A DNA stretch of 64,000 bases from Gammaproteobacteria bacterium (lineage in GTDB: Bacteria > Pseudomonadota > Gammaproteobacteria > Ga0077536). Shown here in pieces: positions 9,420 to 18,952 of this stretch. Location: positions 379-64,378 of the forward strand of contig JADLEV010000046.1 in the NCBI GenBank assembly GCA_020845935.1. Reading direction: 5' to 3'. The notes beneath the pieces were generated by a model. The model was given only the letters and a program-made list of their open reading frames with translations. It was not told the origin of the DNA and ran no database searches. The first letter of the stretch is position 1; each line of letters begins with the position of its first letter. Position numbers and translations under genes: made by a program.

Positions 9420-10522
9420 GGTTGCGCCAGATACTCGTGCGACTGCATTTCGATCAGCCGGCTCACCGTACGCTGAAAGCTTGGCCGCAGGCGGGTGCCA
9501 CCATACAACGCCGCCGGCGCTACCTCCGCCGAGCAGATCAGCGTGACGTTGCGATCGTAAAACTCGTCGATCAGATTGATGAAGCGGCGCGCGGCGTCGT
9601 CATCGACCTCGCCGAAGCGGCGGACTCCGGAAAGCAGCACGGTATGGTGCCCGCGCGCTATCTCGATGTAGTCGCCGGCCGCGCGCGGACCGCCACACAG
9701 AACGTCGAACTCGAACCAGATGACGCCTTCGGTGCGCAACACCACCGGAATCGGCCGACCTTCGATTTCGATCGGCTCGGCGCTCGGCGAGCGGTCGCGC
9801 GGTGCCAGCTCGGCGAACGTTTCGAGCAGCGAATCGTGCGCGGCGGCATCGAGCGGTGCGTGATAAATCTCGGCGTGTTGCAGTGCCCGCAGCCGATAGT
9901 CGGTCGCGCTGGCAAGCTCGACGACCGCCATGTGCCGCTTGATTGCCTCGATCGCCGGCAGGAAGCGGGCACGCTGCAAACCACCCGCATACAGGTTGTC
10001 CGGCGGTTCGTTCGAGGTGGCGATGACCGTGACCCCTGCGGCGAACAGCCCTTCGAACAGACCGCCGAGTATCATCGCGTCGGCGATGTCGCCGACGTGA
10101 AACTCGTCAAGACACAGCACGCGGCACGAGGTTGCCAGTTGTGCGGCCAGCAGCAACAGCGGATCCGGTTGTTCCGGCAGGTCCCGCAGCGCCGCATGCG
10201 TTTCCCGCATGAACCGATGGAAATGAACGCGGCGCTTGTGCGGCAGTGGCAGCGTCGCGAAGAACAGATCGACCAGCATGGTCTTGCCGCGGCCAACCCC
10301 GCCCCACAGGTACAGACCAGGCACGATGCGCGTCACCGGCTGCCGCCGCAGGCGCTGCCAGAGACTGGGACGCGCAGCGGTCGCGACCAGCAATTCCTCG
10401 TGCAGACGCTGCAACCGTTCGACCGCGGCTTCCTGCGCCGGGTCGCGCAGAAAATCCGAGCCGGAGCAGAGCTCGCGATAACTTTCCCGTGGCGTCGTCA
10501 TGGCAGGCCGGTGGCGGCTCAT
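9404..10522 (-). CDS. zapE: Cell division protein ZapE (AFG1-family ATPase)
   Basis: Walker A GVGRGKTMLVD, Walker B CLDEF, and AFG1/ZapE-like blocks (VTVIATSNEPPDNLY). Start assigned to MSRHRPAM; the upstream extension is probably not real. Confidence 0.75.
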   Translation of the reverse strand: MSRHRPAMTTPRESYRELCSGSDFLRDPAQEAAVERLQRLHEELLVATAARPSLWQRLRRQPVTRIVPGLYLWGGVGRGKTMLVDLFFATLPLPHKRRVHFHRFMRETHAALRDLPEQPDPLLLLAAQLATSCRVLCLDEFHVGDIADAMILGGLFEGLFAAGVTVIATSNEPPDNLYAGGLQRARFLPAIEAIKRHMAVVELASATDYRLRALQHAEIYHAPLDAAAHDSLLETFAELAPRDRSPSAEPIEIEGRPIPVVLRTEGVIWFEFDVLCGGPRAAGDYIEIARGHHTVLLSGVRRFGEVDDDAARRFINLIDEFYDRNVTLICSAEVAPAALYGGTRLRPSFQRTVSRLIEMQSHEYLAQPHLSD

Positions 10523-10585
10523 CTTTGGTCGAAGGCGCGCATTATCGGCGATTCCGGGACACGGGCAGTGACGGCATAACAGCGG

Positions 10586-11908
10586 ATGGTGATGCTCGAA
10601 CAGATCCTGCGGGACCATTCGTCAGCGCTATGGTTGTTCCTGCTGGCGATGGCTGCCGGTGTCGTGGGCGCATTGTTGTTGCGGCAAACGCGTCTGCTGC
10701 GTCAGCAACAACGCAGTCACGACCATATGGTGCGGCTGGAGACCCGGCTCGCTGATCAGTTCGACCTAATGCGCGATCTGGATCAGCGCAGCGCCGACCT
10801 GCGTCAGTCGACCGCCGAGGAAGGACTGCGATTGCGCGAGGCGCTGCGCGCGATCCTGGCGGAACAACAGACGCGGTCGCTGCAGCAGTCCGCCCGCGTG
10901 CAGCAGGAGGCGCAAACCCAGCTGCGTGGCGGCATCGCCGAGGTGCAACGTCAGGTGCTCGATGCGCTGGAGCGCAATGCCGGCACGATTGCCCAGCAGG
11001 TCGAGGCCTTGACCCGAGTCACCGACCGCCGCCTCGCGACCATCGCTGGCCAGGTCGAGCAGCGCCTGACCGAGGGTTTCGACAAGACCGCGGCGACCTT
11101 CACCGAAGTGGTCCGGCGGCTGTCATTGATCGATGCCGCGCAACAGAAGATCGCCGAGTTGTCGGCAAACGTCGTATCGTTGCAGGACATCCTGCTCGAC
11201 AAGCGCTCCCGCGGCGTGCTCGGCGAAACGCAGCTTGCCGCGCTGATCCGGAACGTCCTGCCGGAAGCGCATTTCAGCCTGCAGCATCGTTTGTCCAACG
11301 GGCGCATCGTCGATTGCCTGCTGCTGCTGCCGGAGCCCTCCGGGCGGATCGCGGTCGACGCCAAGTTCCCGCTCGAATCCTACCGCGCGATGCATGATGC
11401 CGATGCCGACCCGTATCGTCGCAGCACGGCCCGTCGGCAATTCCGGCAGGATGTGCGCAAACACATTCAGGACATCGCCGCCAGATACCTCGTGCCAGGG
11501 GAAACAGCCGACGGCGCGATCCTGTTCATACCGGCCGAGGCGGTGTTCGCCGAGATCCAGGCCCATCACCCGGAACTGGTTGAATTCGCGCATCGTGCCC
11601 GAGTCTGGCTGGTCTCGCCGACCACGCTGTGGGCCGTGCTGAACACGGCCCGCGCAATCCTCAAGGATGTTGCACTGCGCGAACAGATCGGCGTGATCCG
11701 CGGCCACCTGGTGGAACTCGCCGCGGATTTCGACCGCTTCCGCCAACGGATGGATGCGCTGACCCGCCACATCGCCCAAGCCCACCAGGACGTCCAGGAA
11801 GTCAACACCTCCGCCCGCCGGATCAGCAGCCGGTTCGAACGCATCGAGCGCGCCGATCTGGAGCAGGAAGACCGCGCAGCCCGACAGCCTCTCGATAAAA
11901 TCGATTAA
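10586..11908 (+). CDS. rmuC: DNA recombination protein RmuC
   Basis: N-terminal TM segment and a long coiled-coil (Q/R/E-rich). C-terminal RmuC nuclease-like region (DCLLLLPEPSGRIAVDAKFPLESY...LFIPAEAVF). Confidence 0.75.
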   Translation: MVMLEQILRDHSSALWLFLLAMAAGVVGALLLRQTRLLRQQQRSHDHMVRLETRLADQFDLMRDLDQRSADLRQSTAEEGLRLREALRAILAEQQTRSLQQSARVQQEAQTQLRGGIAEVQRQVLDALERNAGTIAQQVEALTRVTDRRLATIAGQVEQRLTEGFDKTAATFTEVVRRLSLIDAAQQKIAELSANVVSLQDILLDKRSRGVLGETQLAALIRNVLPEAHFSLQHRLSNGRIVDCLLLLPEPSGRIAVDAKFPLESYRAMHDADADPYRRSTARRQFRQDVRKHIQDIAARYLVPGETADGAILFIPAEAVFAEIQAHHPELVEFAHRARVWLVSPTTLWAVLNTARAILKDVALREQIGVIRGHLVELAADFDRFRQRMDALTRHIAQAHQDVQEVNTSARRISSRFERIERADLEQEDRAARQPLDKID

Positions 11909-12015
11909 TTTTAATAAATTACATGAATTATCGGATGCATAATCGAAAAACGTCGTCTAACCTTATGGTAGAACAGGATAAGTAAATTTTCGTTTCCTAT
12001 CACACAGGTTTCAGA
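11890..12015. promoter_or_regulatory. AT-rich intergenic island upstream of the HAD hydrolase gene (probable promoter region)
   Basis: Sequence ttaattttaataaattacatgaattatcggatgcataatcgaaaaacg... contrasts sharply with the surrounding high-GC DNA. Confidence 0.35.
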
Positions 12016-12852
12016 ATGGACGGTTTTCGTAACAAACGCCTGCGGGCCCTCATCTTTGACGTCGACGGCACACTGGCGGATACCGAAGAACTCCATCGCC
12101 AGGCATTCAATCGCGCCTTTCGTGAATTCGGCCTGGATTGGTACTGGTCGCCGACCATGTACGAAAAGCTGCTGTCGATTTCCGGCGGTCTCGAGCGAAT
12201 CCGCTACTTCGGCCGGGATCTCGCGTCCCAATTCTCAGACGACACGGCCTTCCGGGTTTATGCGGCGAGGATTCAGCAAGTCAAGACGAGCATCTACGAC
12301 TCGCTGCTGGTCAACAACATGGTGCAACTGCGTCCGGGCGTGCGGCGGCTGCTCGACGCCGCGAGAGAGGCGAACATCAAACTGGCGATAGCGACCAGTA
12401 CCGCGCGTTCCAACGTCAAGACCCTGCTCGATCGCAATCTGCCGGCCGGCTGGAGCAACTGGTTTGCGGCGATCGAAACCAGCGACACCGTGGTCGAGAA
12501 GAAACCATCGCCGGCGGTCTACCGCGCCGCCCTGAGCGCCACTGGCTTCACCGCCGACGAGTGCATCGCGATCGAGGATACCGTCAACGGCCTGCGTGCC
12601 GCCCGCAATGCCGGCATCGTCACGATAATCACGACGCACTACTTCACGCGCCGCGCCCACTTTCCCGATGCCCGGCTCGTCGTCGATCAGTTGGGTGAAC
12701 CGAATCACCCATGTCAGGTGCTGGCCGGTGGGGATCTGCCCAAGGGCCATGTCGACCTCTCGGTCCTCAATGATCTGCTCGCTGCGTCGCCAGGCCTGCC
12801 GGGACCGGACTGGCGCATGCCCCCGCATACGCCGCTGCGCGCGATGGTCTGA
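12016..12852 (+). CDS. HAD-IA family hydrolase, CbbY-like sugar-phosphate phosphatase
   Basis: DVDGTLADTEELHRQAFN HAD motif I. Overall pattern resembles CbbY / xylulose-1,5-bisphosphate phosphatase-like proteins. Confidence 0.65.
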   Translation: MDGFRNKRLRALIFDVDGTLADTEELHRQAFNRAFREFGLDWYWSPTMYEKLLSISGGLERIRYFGRDLASQFSDDTAFRVYAARIQQVKTSIYDSLLVNNMVQLRPGVRRLLDAAREANIKLAIATSTARSNVKTLLDRNLPAGWSNWFAAIETSDTVVEKKPSPAVYRAALSATGFTADECIAIEDTVNGLRAARNAGIVTIITTHYFTRRAHFPDARLVVDQLGEPNHPCQVLAGGDLPKGHVDLSVLNDLLAASPGLPGPDWRMPPHTPLRAMV

Positions 12853-12930
12853 GAGACGTCTGACCAGGTCGTTCCCGGACTTGGTCAGAGAAACCATCGT
12901 TGTCAGCGGATGGATGCGCAGTAGCTCTTT

Positions 12931-14316
12931 CTAGCGAATCAAAACGAACGCCACCTCATTGCCCCGTCGCACCTGCAACAGCAATTGCCCCTGAGCCTGA
13001 TTCACCAGCACGAGAAAATCCTTGAGCGTCGCGATCGGCTGCCGATTGACCGACAGGATGATGTCGCCGGCGCGGATCCCCGCATTCCATACACCACTGC
13101 CCTGATCGACTTCATAGACATACACGCCACCCGTGCGCTGTCGCGAGGCCTGGTTCTCGGGCAGGTCGCCGAAAGTCGCGCCGCGCAGCCGGCTGTTGCG
13201 CAGTTTGCCGTCATCGCCGGCTCCGTTGGCCGACGTGGTCAGCCGATCCGCGACCTGGGCGACGACGCTTTGCCGCTTGCCGTCGCGAATGACATCCAAT
13301 CGCACGTCGTCGCCGACGCGCACCAGGCCGACCTGCGTCTTGAAATCGCTGACGCCGTGCACCGCGCGGCTGTTGACTGCGGTGACGATGTCGCCGGCCT
13401 TGAGCCCGGCGCGTTCCGCCGGGGAACCGGGCAGTACCTCGACCAGCAGCACGCCCTGTTCCGGCCGGATGCCAAACGCCTCGGCAAGCTCCGGCGTCAG
13501 ATCCTGCAGCGAGGCACCGACAAAACCACGCCGCACTTCGCCGTACGCGACGAGCTGGGACATGATCTGGTAGGCCATATTGATCGGAATGGCGAAGCCA
13601 ATACCGATGTTGCCGCCCGATTCGGACAGAATGGCATTGTTGATGCCGACCAGTTCACCGCGCAGATTCACCAGCGCACCGCCCGAGTTGCCGGGGTTGA
13701 TCGAGGCATCGGTCTGAATGAAATCCTCGTAACCGGTGATGCCGAGACCACTGCGTGCCAGCGCGCTGATGATGCCCGAGGTCACGGTCTGACCCAGACC
13801 GAACGGATTGCCGACGGCGACGACGAAATCGCCGACCCGCAGCTTCTCCGAATCGGCGCGTGGCACCTCCGTGAGGTTATCGGCCGGAATTTCGATCACG
13901 GCGATATCGGTATCGGGGTCGGTCCCCACCAGCTTCGCCTCGAAATCCCGACCGTCGCGCAGCTTCACCCGAATCAGATCGGCGTTGGCGATGACGTGGT
14001 TGTTGGTCAGAACCAGACCGCGCTTGGCATCGACGATGACTCCGGAGCCCAGACTTTGGGTCGGGCGCCGCAGCGCCTGATCCGGAATGTCGAAGAACCG
14101 CCGGAAGAACGGATCGTTCAGCAACGGATTGGTCCGTACCGTCACCGTGCCCCGCGTTGCGATGTTCACGACCGCCGGCGTGACGCGCTCCACCATCGGC
14201 GCCAGGCTCGGCAGCGGCTCGCCGTTGACTGCCGCCGGTAACGCCGCGATGGCGCTGCTGGCATAGCCGAACGTGCCACAACTGCAGATGAGCAGATAAC
14301 GCAGCATTTTCCACAT
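12931..14316 (-). CDS. Periplasmic serine endoprotease DegP/DegQ/MucD (HtrA family)
   Basis: Signal peptide, trypsin-like catalytic region (GNSGGAL), followed by two PDZ-like segments. Confidence 0.85.
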   Translation of the reverse strand: MWKMLRYLLICSCGTFGYASSAIAALPAAVNGEPLPSLAPMVERVTPAVVNIATRGTVTVRTNPLLNDPFFRRFFDIPDQALRRPTQSLGSGVIVDAKRGLVLTNNHVIANADLIRVKLRDGRDFEAKLVGTDPDTDIAVIEIPADNLTEVPRADSEKLRVGDFVVAVGNPFGLGQTVTSGIISALARSGLGITGYEDFIQTDASINPGNSGGALVNLRGELVGINNAILSESGGNIGIGFAIPINMAYQIMSQLVAYGEVRRGFVGASLQDLTPELAEAFGIRPEQGVLLVEVLPGSPAERAGLKAGDIVTAVNSRAVHGVSDFKTQVGLVRVGDDVRLDVIRDGKRQSVVAQVADRLTTSANGAGDDGKLRNSRLRGATFGDLPENQASRQRTGGVYVYEVDQGSGVWNAGIRAGDIILSVNRQPIATLKDFLVLVNQAQGQLLLQVRRGNEVAFVLIR

Positions 14317-14346
14317 ATCGATTTCCTTCGTGCCCTCAGGGTCTTG

Positions 14347-14991
14347 TCAAATCCGTGCCGCGACGCTGGTCATCACGCGCGCCGACAGCCGCATCAATTC
14401 GCGCAGCCAGCGCGGCAGTTCCGCCGCGCCGTGCGCCAGTGCGTTGGTCGCATGGCGCGCTTCGTCTTCGCGCATCGCCGCGATGATCGCGCGACTGCGC
14501 CCGTCGGCCGAAGGCAACCGGCGCAGATGTCCTTCGAGATGGTCGACGACCTGGCGCTCGGTCTCGGCGAGGAAACCGAGGCTCCAGCGATCACCGGCCA
14601 AACTCGCCAATCCACCAATGGCCAGAGACCCGGCCAGCCAGAACAGGTTCAGCCGGCTGGCCCGGGTACCGAGTTCACGCAAGCGCTGCTGACACCAATG
14701 GAGGTGATCGCTTTCCTCATCGGCCGCCTGCTGCAGCGCCGCGGCAACCCGGTCATTGCGCGCAAACGCCGCCTGCCCGACATAGAGCGCCTGGGCGCAG
14801 ATCTCACCGCTATGGTTGACCCGCATCAGCCGCGCCGAGCGTTGCCGTTGTGCCGCCGGAAGGTCCGTCGCCGCTTCCTCTCCGGCCGGGTTCGGGCGCT
14901 CCGGCGCGCTCGCGTCGAGCCGCTCCGCATGCAGCCGATCGAGGCACAGCACCAGGCGATCAAGCCGTGTCAGCCTGCGCGCGGCCGTCAC
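14347..14991 (-). CDS. coq7: Demethoxyubiquinone hydroxylase Coq7 (di-iron carboxylate)
   Basis: MRVNHSGEICAQALYVGQA and EExDHLxW motifs characteristic of COQ7. Confidence 0.8.
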   Translation of the reverse strand: MTAARRLTRLDRLVLCLDRLHAERLDASAPERPNPAGEEAATDLPAAQRQRSARLMRVNHSGEICAQALYVGQAAFARNDRVAAALQQAADEESDHLHWCQQRLRELGTRASRLNLFWLAGSLAIGGLASLAGDRWSLGFLAETERQVVDHLEGHLRRLPSADGRSRAIIAAMREDEARHATNALAHGAAELPRWLRELMRLSARVMTSVAARI

Positions 14992-15100
14992 GGCGCATTG
15001 CCTCTACTTGAAAAACCCTTTGGATTGACAGCCTTGCGGTCGATCCGTACCATTGCGCCTCCCGAAATCGGTCCCAACGCCGTCCACGTTGTCATTGAAC

Positions 15101-15529
15101 ATGAAAACCTACACTGCAACACCTTCGACTATCAAGCGAAGCTGGTTCGTCATCGACGCGAACGGCAAAGTACTCGGCCGCATGGCGACCGAAATTGCGC
15201 ACCGCCTGCGTGGCAAGCACAAGCCCGAATACACCCCTCACATCGACACCGGTGATTTCATCGTCGTCGTCAACGCGGAGAAGGTTCGGGTCACGGGCAA
15301 CAAGCTCCGCGACAAGCTCTATCACCGCCACTCCGGCTATCCCGGCGGCCTGAAGACCACCTCGCTCGGCAAGATGCTGCAAACGCATCCGGAGCGGGCG
15401 ATCGAAATTGCGGTCAAGGGCATGCTGCCGAAGGGTCCGCTCGGTCGCGCGATGTTCCGCAAACTGAAAGTCTATGCCGGCGCGACGCATCAGCATCAGG
15501 CACAGCAGCCGCAACCTCTGGAAATCTGA
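15101..15529 (+). CDS. rplM: 50S ribosomal protein L13
   Basis: [65 protein letters not shown] at 15101 within ORF 15053..15529. Confidence 0.9.
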   Translation: MKTYTATPSTIKRSWFVIDANGKVLGRMATEIAHRLRGKHKPEYTPHIDTGDFIVVVNAEKVRVTGNKLRDKLYHRHSGYPGGLKTTSLGKMLQTHPERAIEIAVKGMLPKGPLGRAMFRKLKVYAGATHQHQAQQPQPLEI

Positions 15530-15531
15530 TC

Positions 15532-15924
15532 ATGGCAACCGCAACCTGTTACGGTACCGGCCGGCGCAAGAGTGCAACGGCGCGGGTTTTTCTGTCTCGT
15601 GGCACCGGACAAATCAACGTCAACGGCCGCCCGCTCGATGAGTATTTCGGCCGCCAGACTGCGCGCATGGTCGTTCGCCAGCCACTGCACACGACTGCGA
15701 TGGTCGGCAACCTCGACTTCACCGTCACGGTCAAGGGCGGTGGCATCTCCGGTCAGGCCGGCGCGATCCGCCACGGCATCACGCGGGCACTGATTGCCTA
15801 CGAGGAGACGCTGCGCAAGCCGCTGCGTACCGCAGGCTTCGTAACCCGTGACGCCCGCGAGGTAGAGCGCAAGAAAGTCGGTCTGCACAAGGCGCGGAAG
15901 CGGCCGCAATACAGCAAGCGCTGA
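15532..15924 (+). CDS. rpsI: 30S ribosomal protein S9
   Basis: C-terminal [14 protein letters not shown] and overall S9 sequence. Located 3 nt after rplM. Confidence 0.9.
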   Translation: MATATCYGTGRRKSATARVFLSRGTGQINVNGRPLDEYFGRQTARMVVRQPLHTTAMVGNLDFTVTVKGGGISGQAGAIRHGITRALIAYEETLRKPLRTAGFVTRDAREVERKKVGLHKARKRPQYSKR

Positions 15925-15987
15925 TACCACCGGCGCGTCGGGATTCACGGCCAGGGATGGCACAAACGATTCGACACGGAGGTCGTC

Positions 15988-16338
15988 ATGAATACACTGC
16001 ATCACCTTGCCCTCTGGAGCCGCGCCTGCGACTTCACGGTCGCTTCACTCGAAGCCGTCAAACGGATTCAGGACACCGCACTGCAGCAGCAGGTTCGCCG
16101 GGCGTTGCTGGCCATCCCGGCGCAAATCGCCGCCGGCCACGAACCGACGCTGCCTGCGACCCGGCAACGACGCCATCTGCAAACTGCCTGCGGCCATTGC
16201 CTCGAGGCACGTACCCATCTGCACATCGCACAACGGCTCAACTACCTTGCCGGTGCTGACGCCGATCGGCTGATCCGGGAGTCGATCGAAATCACGGATC
16301 GCATCGTCGGGTTATTGCGCCGTTACGGTACCGGCTGA
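15988..16338 (+). CDS. Four-helix-bundle protein (former '23S rRNA intervening-sequence protein' family)
   Basis: 116 aa. Pattern W..A..L.....QLRRA..SIP.NIAEG-like (QQVRRALLAIPAQIAAGHEP) and a C-terminal helical block typical of the family. Confidence 0.55.
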   Translation: MNTLHHLALWSRACDFTVASLEAVKRIQDTALQQQVRRALLAIPAQIAAGHEPTLPATRQRRHLQTACGHCLEARTHLHIAQRLNYLAGADADRLIRESIEITDRIVGLLRRYGTG

Positions 16339-16386
16339 CCGCACGCATTGCCTTGCCGTCGCATGTCGTCACACGCGATGGATCGA

Positions 16387-16412
16387 CGCCGAAGGTGTTC
16401 GGCGTTTTTTTT
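16387..16412 (+). terminator. Rho-independent terminator
   Basis: Stem CGCCGAA / TTCGGCG with loop GGTG, followed by a run of 8 T. Confidence 0.6.
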
Positions 16413-16424
16413 CCGCCCAAGGCC

Positions 16425-16454
16425 TTAGACACAGGAGAGCGGTCCGCATACAAT
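16425..16454 (+). promoter_or_regulatory. Candidate sigma-70 promoter for tRNA-Gln (-35 TTAGAC, 18-nt spacer, -10 TACAAT)
   Basis: Seen directly, about 35 nt upstream of the mature tRNA 5' end. Confidence 0.35.
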
Positions 16455-16488
16455 GCGCGTCCGCCGTAGCGTCGACATGCGACACCTC

Positions 16489-16562
16489 TGGGGGCTCGTC
16501 TAACGGTAGGACAGCGGACTCTGACTCCGTCAGTCGAGGTTCGAATCCTCGGCCCCCAGCCA
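16489..16562 (+). tRNA. tRNA-Gln (anticodon CUG)
   Basis: Manually folded. U1-A72 acceptor pair, 7-bp acceptor stem (TGGGGGC/GCCCCCA), anticodon loop CU-CUG-AC, T-arm CGAGG-TTCGAAT-CCTCG, discriminator G and encoded CCA, all typical of bacterial tRNA-Gln. Confidence 0.85.
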
Positions 16563-16669
16563 ACCTCCCGCTCCCTGTTTGACATGTGTCAGCCGCGCTG
16601 AAACCGCGTTGCCACACGATCCTAGCCGCTGGCCAGAGCAGGCCAACATGACCTACCAGGGAGCTTGTC

Positions 16670-18886
16670 GTGACGATTTTTCGACGTGCGGCGCTTGCAG
16701 CCGCGCCGATTCTGTTCGGGCCCGCCCACGCGCTGGCAGCCGCGCCGGATCTTGGCGTTCCGGAGAACGCCATCGAAACCATCACCGTCGTCGGCGCCAA
16801 GGTCGAACGCTCGCTCGCCGAAGTCGCCAATACCATCTCGGTGATCGACGCCGAACGGATCCAGCGCGAGCTGAGCAGTGATATCAAGGACCTGGTGCGC
16901 TACGAGCCGGGCGTCTCGGTCAACAGCGATGCCGCGCGCTTCGGCGTCGGCAGTTTCAACATCCGCGGCATCGAAGGCAATCGCGTGGCGATCGAAGTGG
17001 ATGGTGTTCCGGTGCTCAAGGGCTTCGCGATTGGCCACTTCTCGAATACCGGCCGCACGCCGGTCGACCTGGCCTTGCTCAAACGGGTCGAGCTGCTGCG
17101 CGGCCCGGCGTCGGCGCTGTACGGCAGCGACGCACTCGCCGGCGTGGTGGCCTTCAGCACACGCGATCCAGCCGATTTGTTGGCCGGCACGGACTACCAC
17201 CTCGGCCTGCGCAGCGGCTACACCTCGGTCGATGATGGGTTCAACGTTGCGCTGACGGCAGCCGCGCAGTTCGGTCCGGTGGGCGGTCTGGTCGGTTATG
17301 TCCGGCGACGCGGCGATGAGCGCGACAACGCTGCCACCTCGCCCAATCCGCAGCATTACCAGAGCGACAGTATGCTGGCGAAACTGGTACACGAGACGCA
17401 GGGCGGGGTCCGCAACACGCTGCTGCTCGACGCCTCGGCCATCGACGCGACCACCGATGTCCGCTCGCTGATTCACGGACCGGATCGCTATGCGACTACC
17501 ACCAGCCTCATCGGCGACGACCGCGACCGGCGCTACCGCGCCAGCTTCGAGCAGCGGCTTGGGCGACTGGGACGCTATGCCGAGCAGCTCATCTGGCGCG
17601 GCTATTGGCAGGAGAGCAACGTGACTCAGCGTACGACGCAGCTGGTCGAGGCGACGCCGCCGCGGACGCCGCACCCAACCGAGCGCTGGCGCGAATTCGA
17701 TTATCGGCAACGGGTTGCCGGCGGCGAAATCACACTCGAATCGCTGCTCTCCCTGGGATCGTGGACCCACCGGCTCGTTTATGGTGCCGAAGCGACATAC
17801 TCGACCATCGCGGAATATCGCGACGGCCGCCTGACCAACCTGACGACCGGAGCGACCAGCAACAACATCCTCGGCGAAACCTTTCCGCGCCGCGATTTTC
17901 CCGTTTCCTCGACGCTGGAACTCGGTGTTTATGCACAGGACGAGATCGACATCGGGGAACGCTTGACGCTGCTCCCGGCCGTGCGCTACGAGCGCTATCA
18001 CCTCGAACCGGAAGCGGATCCGATTTTTCGCGCGGGGGATCCGACCACCGTGATCACGGCACTGACCCATACCAGTCTGTCGCCGAAGCTCGGCATGCTG
18101 TTCCAGCCGAACGAGCGGCATACGCTCTACGCACAGTACGCGCGCGGCTTTCGCTCGCCGCCGTTCAGTGACGTCAACATCGGCTTCACCATCCCACAGC
18201 TCGGCTACACCGCGCTGCCCAATCCGGCGCTGCGTCCGGAACAGAGTCAAGGCTACGAACTCGGCTGGCGCTGGCGCGCGGGAGGATCGGACCTCGGTAT
18301 CGCCGCCTACCACAACCGCTACCGGAATTTCATCGAGTCACGGGTCAACCTTGGCGTCGATCCGGTCACGCGTCAGACGACTTTCCAGTCGCAGAACCGG
18401 GCACGCGCGACCATCCAGGGCGTCGAGGTTCGTTCCAGCCTCTGGCTCGCCGACGTCGCGCCGCAATTCGAGGGCTGGCGGTTCAACGCCAGCGCGGCGT
18501 GGCAGCACGGGCAGGATACCGCCAGGGACCTGCCGCTCAACAGCATCGATCCGGCCAAGTTGATCCTGGGCGTCGAGTACGCGCCAACGAGCGGCCGCTG
18601 GGGCACGGAACTGATCACGACGCTGGTCGCGGCGAAATCGCCCCACCGCATCGATGCGAGCAATGGTGCGATGTTCGCGCCCAGGGGTTATGGTTCGGTC
18701 GATCTGCTCGGCCATTTCGACCTGCGGCAACGCCTGCGGATCGACTGGAGCATCCAGAACCTGCTGAATCGGACCTACTGGGAATGGGCGGACACGCGCG
18801 GCGTGCTTGCCGGCGACCCGAATATCCCGTTGCATGCCCGCCCCGGCCGCACGATTGCCGTCAGCCTGAATCTCGCCTTGCGGTAA
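16670..18886 (+). CDS. TonB-dependent outer-membrane receptor (likely haem or siderophore type)
   Basis: Signal peptide, a TonB-box-like ETITVVG, a plug region, then a long beta-barrel. The C-terminus ends ...SLNLALR rather than an aromatic residue. Confidence 0.8.
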   Translation: MTIFRRAALAAAPILFGPAHALAAAPDLGVPENAIETITVVGAKVERSLAEVANTISVIDAERIQRELSSDIKDLVRYEPGVSVNSDAARFGVGSFNIRGIEGNRVAIEVDGVPVLKGFAIGHFSNTGRTPVDLALLKRVELLRGPASALYGSDALAGVVAFSTRDPADLLAGTDYHLGLRSGYTSVDDGFNVALTAAAQFGPVGGLVGYVRRRGDERDNAATSPNPQHYQSDSMLAKLVHETQGGVRNTLLLDASAIDATTDVRSLIHGPDRYATTTSLIGDDRDRRYRASFEQRLGRLGRYAEQLIWRGYWQESNVTQRTTQLVEATPPRTPHPTERWREFDYRQRVAGGEITLESLLSLGSWTHRLVYGAEATYSTIAEYRDGRLTNLTTGATSNNILGETFPRRDFPVSSTLELGVYAQDEIDIGERLTLLPAVRYERYHLEPEADPIFRAGDPTTVITALTHTSLSPKLGMLFQPNERHTLYAQYARGFRSPPFSDVNIGFTIPQLGYTALPNPALRPEQSQGYELGWRWRAGGSDLGIAAYHNRYRNFIESRVNLGVDPVTRQTTFQSQNRARATIQGVEVRSSLWLADVAPQFEGWRFNASAAWQHGQDTARDLPLNSIDPAKLILGVEYAPTSGRWGTELITTLVAAKSPHRIDASNGAMFAPRGYGSVDLLGHFDLRQRLRIDWSIQNLLNRTYWEWADTRGVLAGDPNIPLHARPGRTIAVSLNLALR

Positions 18887-18952
18887 CTGCTCGGCACGGT
18901 CCCGCCGCCAGCCATGTAGAATGGCCGGCGCGCCCCCAGCGAAGAGACCACG

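Noticed and set aside
14317-14346. Looked for a terminator between coq7 and degP.
   Set aside because: Only 30 nt and no hairpin. The genes are probably co-transcribed.
16292-16887. ORFs 16292..16585 and 16369..16887 on the minus strand.
   Set aside because: They overlap the tRNA-Gln gene and its terminator/promoter. No coding signal.
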